Below the pieces are notes generated by a model, which was given only the letters and a program-made list of their open reading frames with translations, had not been told where the DNA came from and searched no databases. A stretch of DNA of 64,000 bases from an uncultured Chloroflexia bacterium (GTDB lineage: Bacteria > Chloroflexota > Dehalococcoidia > UBA2247 > RBG-13-53-26): positions 18,179 to 82,178 of the forward strand of contig CAVRFM010000023.1 of the NCBI GenBank assembly GCA_963720375.1, given 5' to 3'. The translations under genes and the position numbers were made by a program. This document shows positions 62,071 through 64,000 of this stretch, one piece after another. Numbering within the stretch: position 1 is the stretch's first letter; every line of letters begins with the position of its first letter.

Positions 62071-62344
62071 TTCGCCCCCCTTTTTATTTTGGTTACATGC
62101 CTGGGATTGGTGTTGGCTTTGGTGCTAACGCATGATAAACTATGCATTTCTTTTTTGCAATTTCGTAATTGGCGAGCGAAAGGATATGATAGCAGCGAGC
62201 ACAGAGGACTAAGGTTGACCAAAGTCGGCCAATAGTGCTACTTTAAGGAGGAGACAGGAACATTGCATAGCGGTTTGCGGCGTGTATTGAATGTAGAAGA
62301 GAGCATGATCCTGTCCAGTACCCAGGCAGCCATAGGAGCATATA

Positions 62345-62438
62345 GGAGGGATCGCATAGTGGTCTAGTGCGGGCGCCTGCTAAGCGCTTACAGGGGCTAA
62401 AACCTGTGTCGTGGGTTCGAATCCCACTCCCTCCGCCA
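62345..62438 (+). tRNA. tRNA-Ser (anticodon GCU), class II with long variable arm, CCA encoded
   Basis: Hand-folded. Acceptor GGAGGGA/TCCCTCC. Anticodon stem GGCGC/GCGCT, loop CTGCTAA. Variable arm ACAGG-GGCTAAAA-CCTGT. T-arm GTGGG-TTCGAAT-CCCAC. Ends in GCCA. Confidence 0.85.
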
Positions 62439-62542
62439 TATTGACAGGGCACTGCTTCAAACGAAACGAAAGGTCTTTCTCTCCCGGTTCTGGTTTAATT
62501 GCGTTGATCTTACATTCCAGCCGATTCTGAGGTAGGAAACCC

Positions 62543-63868
62543 GTGCCGAAATACTATATTTGGACTATTGGTTGTCAGATGAATAAGGCTGATTCGGACT
62601 ATATGGCCAACTACCTGGAGGATTTGGGATACTCTCGCGCAGAAATGGCTGATGAGGCTGAGGTGATTTTGATCAATAGCTGCGTGGTGCGTCAGAATGC
62701 CGAAGATAAAGTAACCAACAAGCTCAACTCCCTCAGGGGTCTGAAGAGGAGGTCTCCAGGTGCGGTCATTGCTCTCACTGGCTGTATGGTTGACTCTGAA
62801 ATTGACGACCTTAGTAAGCGCTTCCCCTGGATTGACCTTTTCTTTCGGCCACAGCAATGGGAAGTCTTATCCCAATGGGCTGGAAGCCACGGATTAGGCA
62901 GCGCCGACACCAAGGGCTTTCTCATCTCTCAGCGACCTCCTGTGAGTGCGTTGCTTCCGATCATGCATGGTTGCGATAGTTTCTGCTCCTATTGCGTTGT
63001 GCCCTATCGCCGCGGAAGGGCGAAGAGCCGTGACCTGCGTGATATTTGCTGCGAGGTAGAAGCGCTCGTTCAGCGTGGTGTAAAGGAAGTCACCTTGCTT
63101 GGTCAAATTGTCGATTCGTATGGGCTTGACCTGCCGTCAAGGCCTGATCTGGCGGATTTATTGGCAGAACTGAACAAAATCGAAGGACTTCTGCGAATAC
63201 GCTTCCTGACCAACCATCCAAACTGCATGAGCTACAAGCTTATCCGGGCGGTGGCTGGACTGGAAAAGGTCTGCGAGTATATCAGCCTGCCTGTTCAGGC
63301 TGGTGACAATGAGATACTGAAGGCAATGCGGCGTGGCTATACAGTGGAGCATTATTGTGACTTGGTGGGGCAGATACGCGGGAACATCCCCCATGTTTCA
63401 TTGAGCACCGATGTGATTGTTGGTTTCCCGGGTGAAACAGGGGAGCAGTTCACCAGGACACTGGACATCCTGCGTCAGATCAGATTTGATAAAGTCCATA
63501 TAGCTGCCTACTCGCCCCGGCCTGAGACCATTGCCTCCCGAAAACTTGATGACGATGTCTCTTCTGAACGAAAGGAGCTGCGGCGTTTGCAGACTGAAGC
63601 TGTACAACAGCGTATAGCCACTGAAATCAATGCATGCTTTATGGGCAAGATAGTGGAGGTTCTGGTGGAGGGCAAGAAAAAGGATAAATGGCAGGGTCGC
63701 ACTAGAGGAGACAAGCTAGTATTCTTTCCGGGCGGTGACAGCCTGGTTGGGCAATTGGTGATGGTGAGAGTTGAGAAGACCAGTGCCTTTGCACTGCAAG
63801 GCGTGCCGGAAGAAAAGATTAAGAATCCAGTAGTTGGAAGGAGTTCTTGCCCAGGAACTCCTTCATAG
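62543..63868 (+). CDS. miaB: tRNA-i6A37 methylthiotransferase
   Basis: N-terminal MTTase domain (YIWTIGCQMN), radical SAM CDSFCSYCVVP, C-terminal TRAM domain. 441 aa. Confidence 0.85.
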   Translation: MPKYYIWTIGCQMNKADSDYMANYLEDLGYSRAEMADEAEVILINSCVVRQNAEDKVTNKLNSLRGLKRRSPGAVIALTGCMVDSEIDDLSKRFPWIDLFFRPQQWEVLSQWAGSHGLGSADTKGFLISQRPPVSALLPIMHGCDSFCSYCVVPYRRGRAKSRDLRDICCEVEALVQRGVKEVTLLGQIVDSYGLDLPSRPDLADLLAELNKIEGLLRIRFLTNHPNCMSYKLIRAVAGLEKVCEYISLPVQAGDNEILKAMRRGYTVEHYCDLVGQIRGNIPHVSLSTDVIVGFPGETGEQFTRTLDILRQIRFDKVHIAAYSPRPETIASRKLDDDVSSERKELRRLQTEAVQQRIATEINACFMGKIVEVLVEGKKKDKWQGRTRGDKLVFFPGGDSLVGQLVMVRVEKTSAFALQGVPEEKIKNPVVGRSSCPGTPS

Positions 63869-64000
63869 AGTCAAACCATTTGGCCTTCAGGTCGTCTGGC
63901 CACTCGGTGTTGAAGGAAGGGAACTTATCCATTAGAAACATCATGGTCTGAAGACGGTCGAACCATTCCTCTCGGACATCTTTAGGCCAATTTGGATCAA
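63819..64000 (-). CDS. 3' end of an unannotated minus-strand ORF entering from beyond the window
   Basis: Frame open from nt 64000 to a TAA at 63819..63821 (…KAKWFDSMKEFLGKNSFQLLDS*). Overlaps the miaB 3' end. Identity unknown. Confidence 0.25.
   Translation of the reverse strand, partial: DPNWPKDVREEWFDRLQTMMFLMDKFPSFNTEWPDDLKAKWFDSMKEFLGKNSFQLLDS

Noticed and set aside
1-64000. CRISPR arrays, rRNA genes, IS/transposase genes
   Set aside because: No regularly spaced short repeats, no rRNA-like sequence and no transposase or integrase ORF was seen in the window.

Overview
This is a bacterial chromosomal window. It carries a bacterial-type rpoB-rpoC, clpC, dtd, miaB, coaE and a tRNA-Ser. GC looks like about 52-55% by eye, and the lineage is probably an anaerobe, but it cannot be named from the sequence alone. 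The core has two housekeeping blocks: rpoB/rpoC, and a membrane-bound group-1 [NiFe] uptake hydrogenase operon (hupS-hupL-hupD-hybA-hybB). The rest of the window is rich in anaerobic carbon and energy-metabolism genes. The most striking region is 15.0-32.1 kb. It holds an archaeal-type CO dehydrogenase/acetyl-CoA synthase set: a cdhB epsilon-like gene, then two tandem paralogous cdhC - Cys4 zinc-ribbon - cdhA modules. These are convergent with a translationally coupled minus-strand operon encoding a ChlI-like AAA+ ATPase, CooC (Ni-insertion ATPase), a ChlD-like AAA+/VWA protein, FwdB/FwdD homologues and an RnfB-like polyferredoxin. That arrangement suggests an undescribed metallocluster maturation or chelatase module tied to the Cdh/Fwd-like enzymes. 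Other notable observations follow. The hydrogenase large subunit carries an in-frame TGA exactly at the second Cys of the N-terminal RxCGxC Ni-binding motif, with a SECIS-like hairpin 12 nt downstream; the same gene also has a +1 frameshift. Four unrelated genes (hupL, hybA, cdhA copy 2, meaB) each show a single-nucleotide +1 frame disruption. This is either pseudogenisation or, more likely, an indel-type sequencing artefact. A segment of about 3.1 kb (PHP phosphoesterase, SDR, SnoaL-like) is bracketed by 395-bp direct repeats that duplicate the 3' half of a Nudix gene plus the 3' end of meaB. A conserved noncoding element of about 145 nt occurs in 2.5 copies around that segment. A lower-GC islet carries a BglII/BamHI-like nuclease and an HNH endonuclease with no methyltransferase. 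Also present are acyl-CoA mutase genes (meaB, catalytic and B12 subunits), two SDRs, a B12-radical SAM enzyme, CoA-transferase and ADP-forming CoA ligase genes, nitroreductase, an HDAC-macro pair, LemA, a CrtI-like oxidoreductase, tRNA-Ser(GCU) and miaB. No CRISPR array or rRNA was found.
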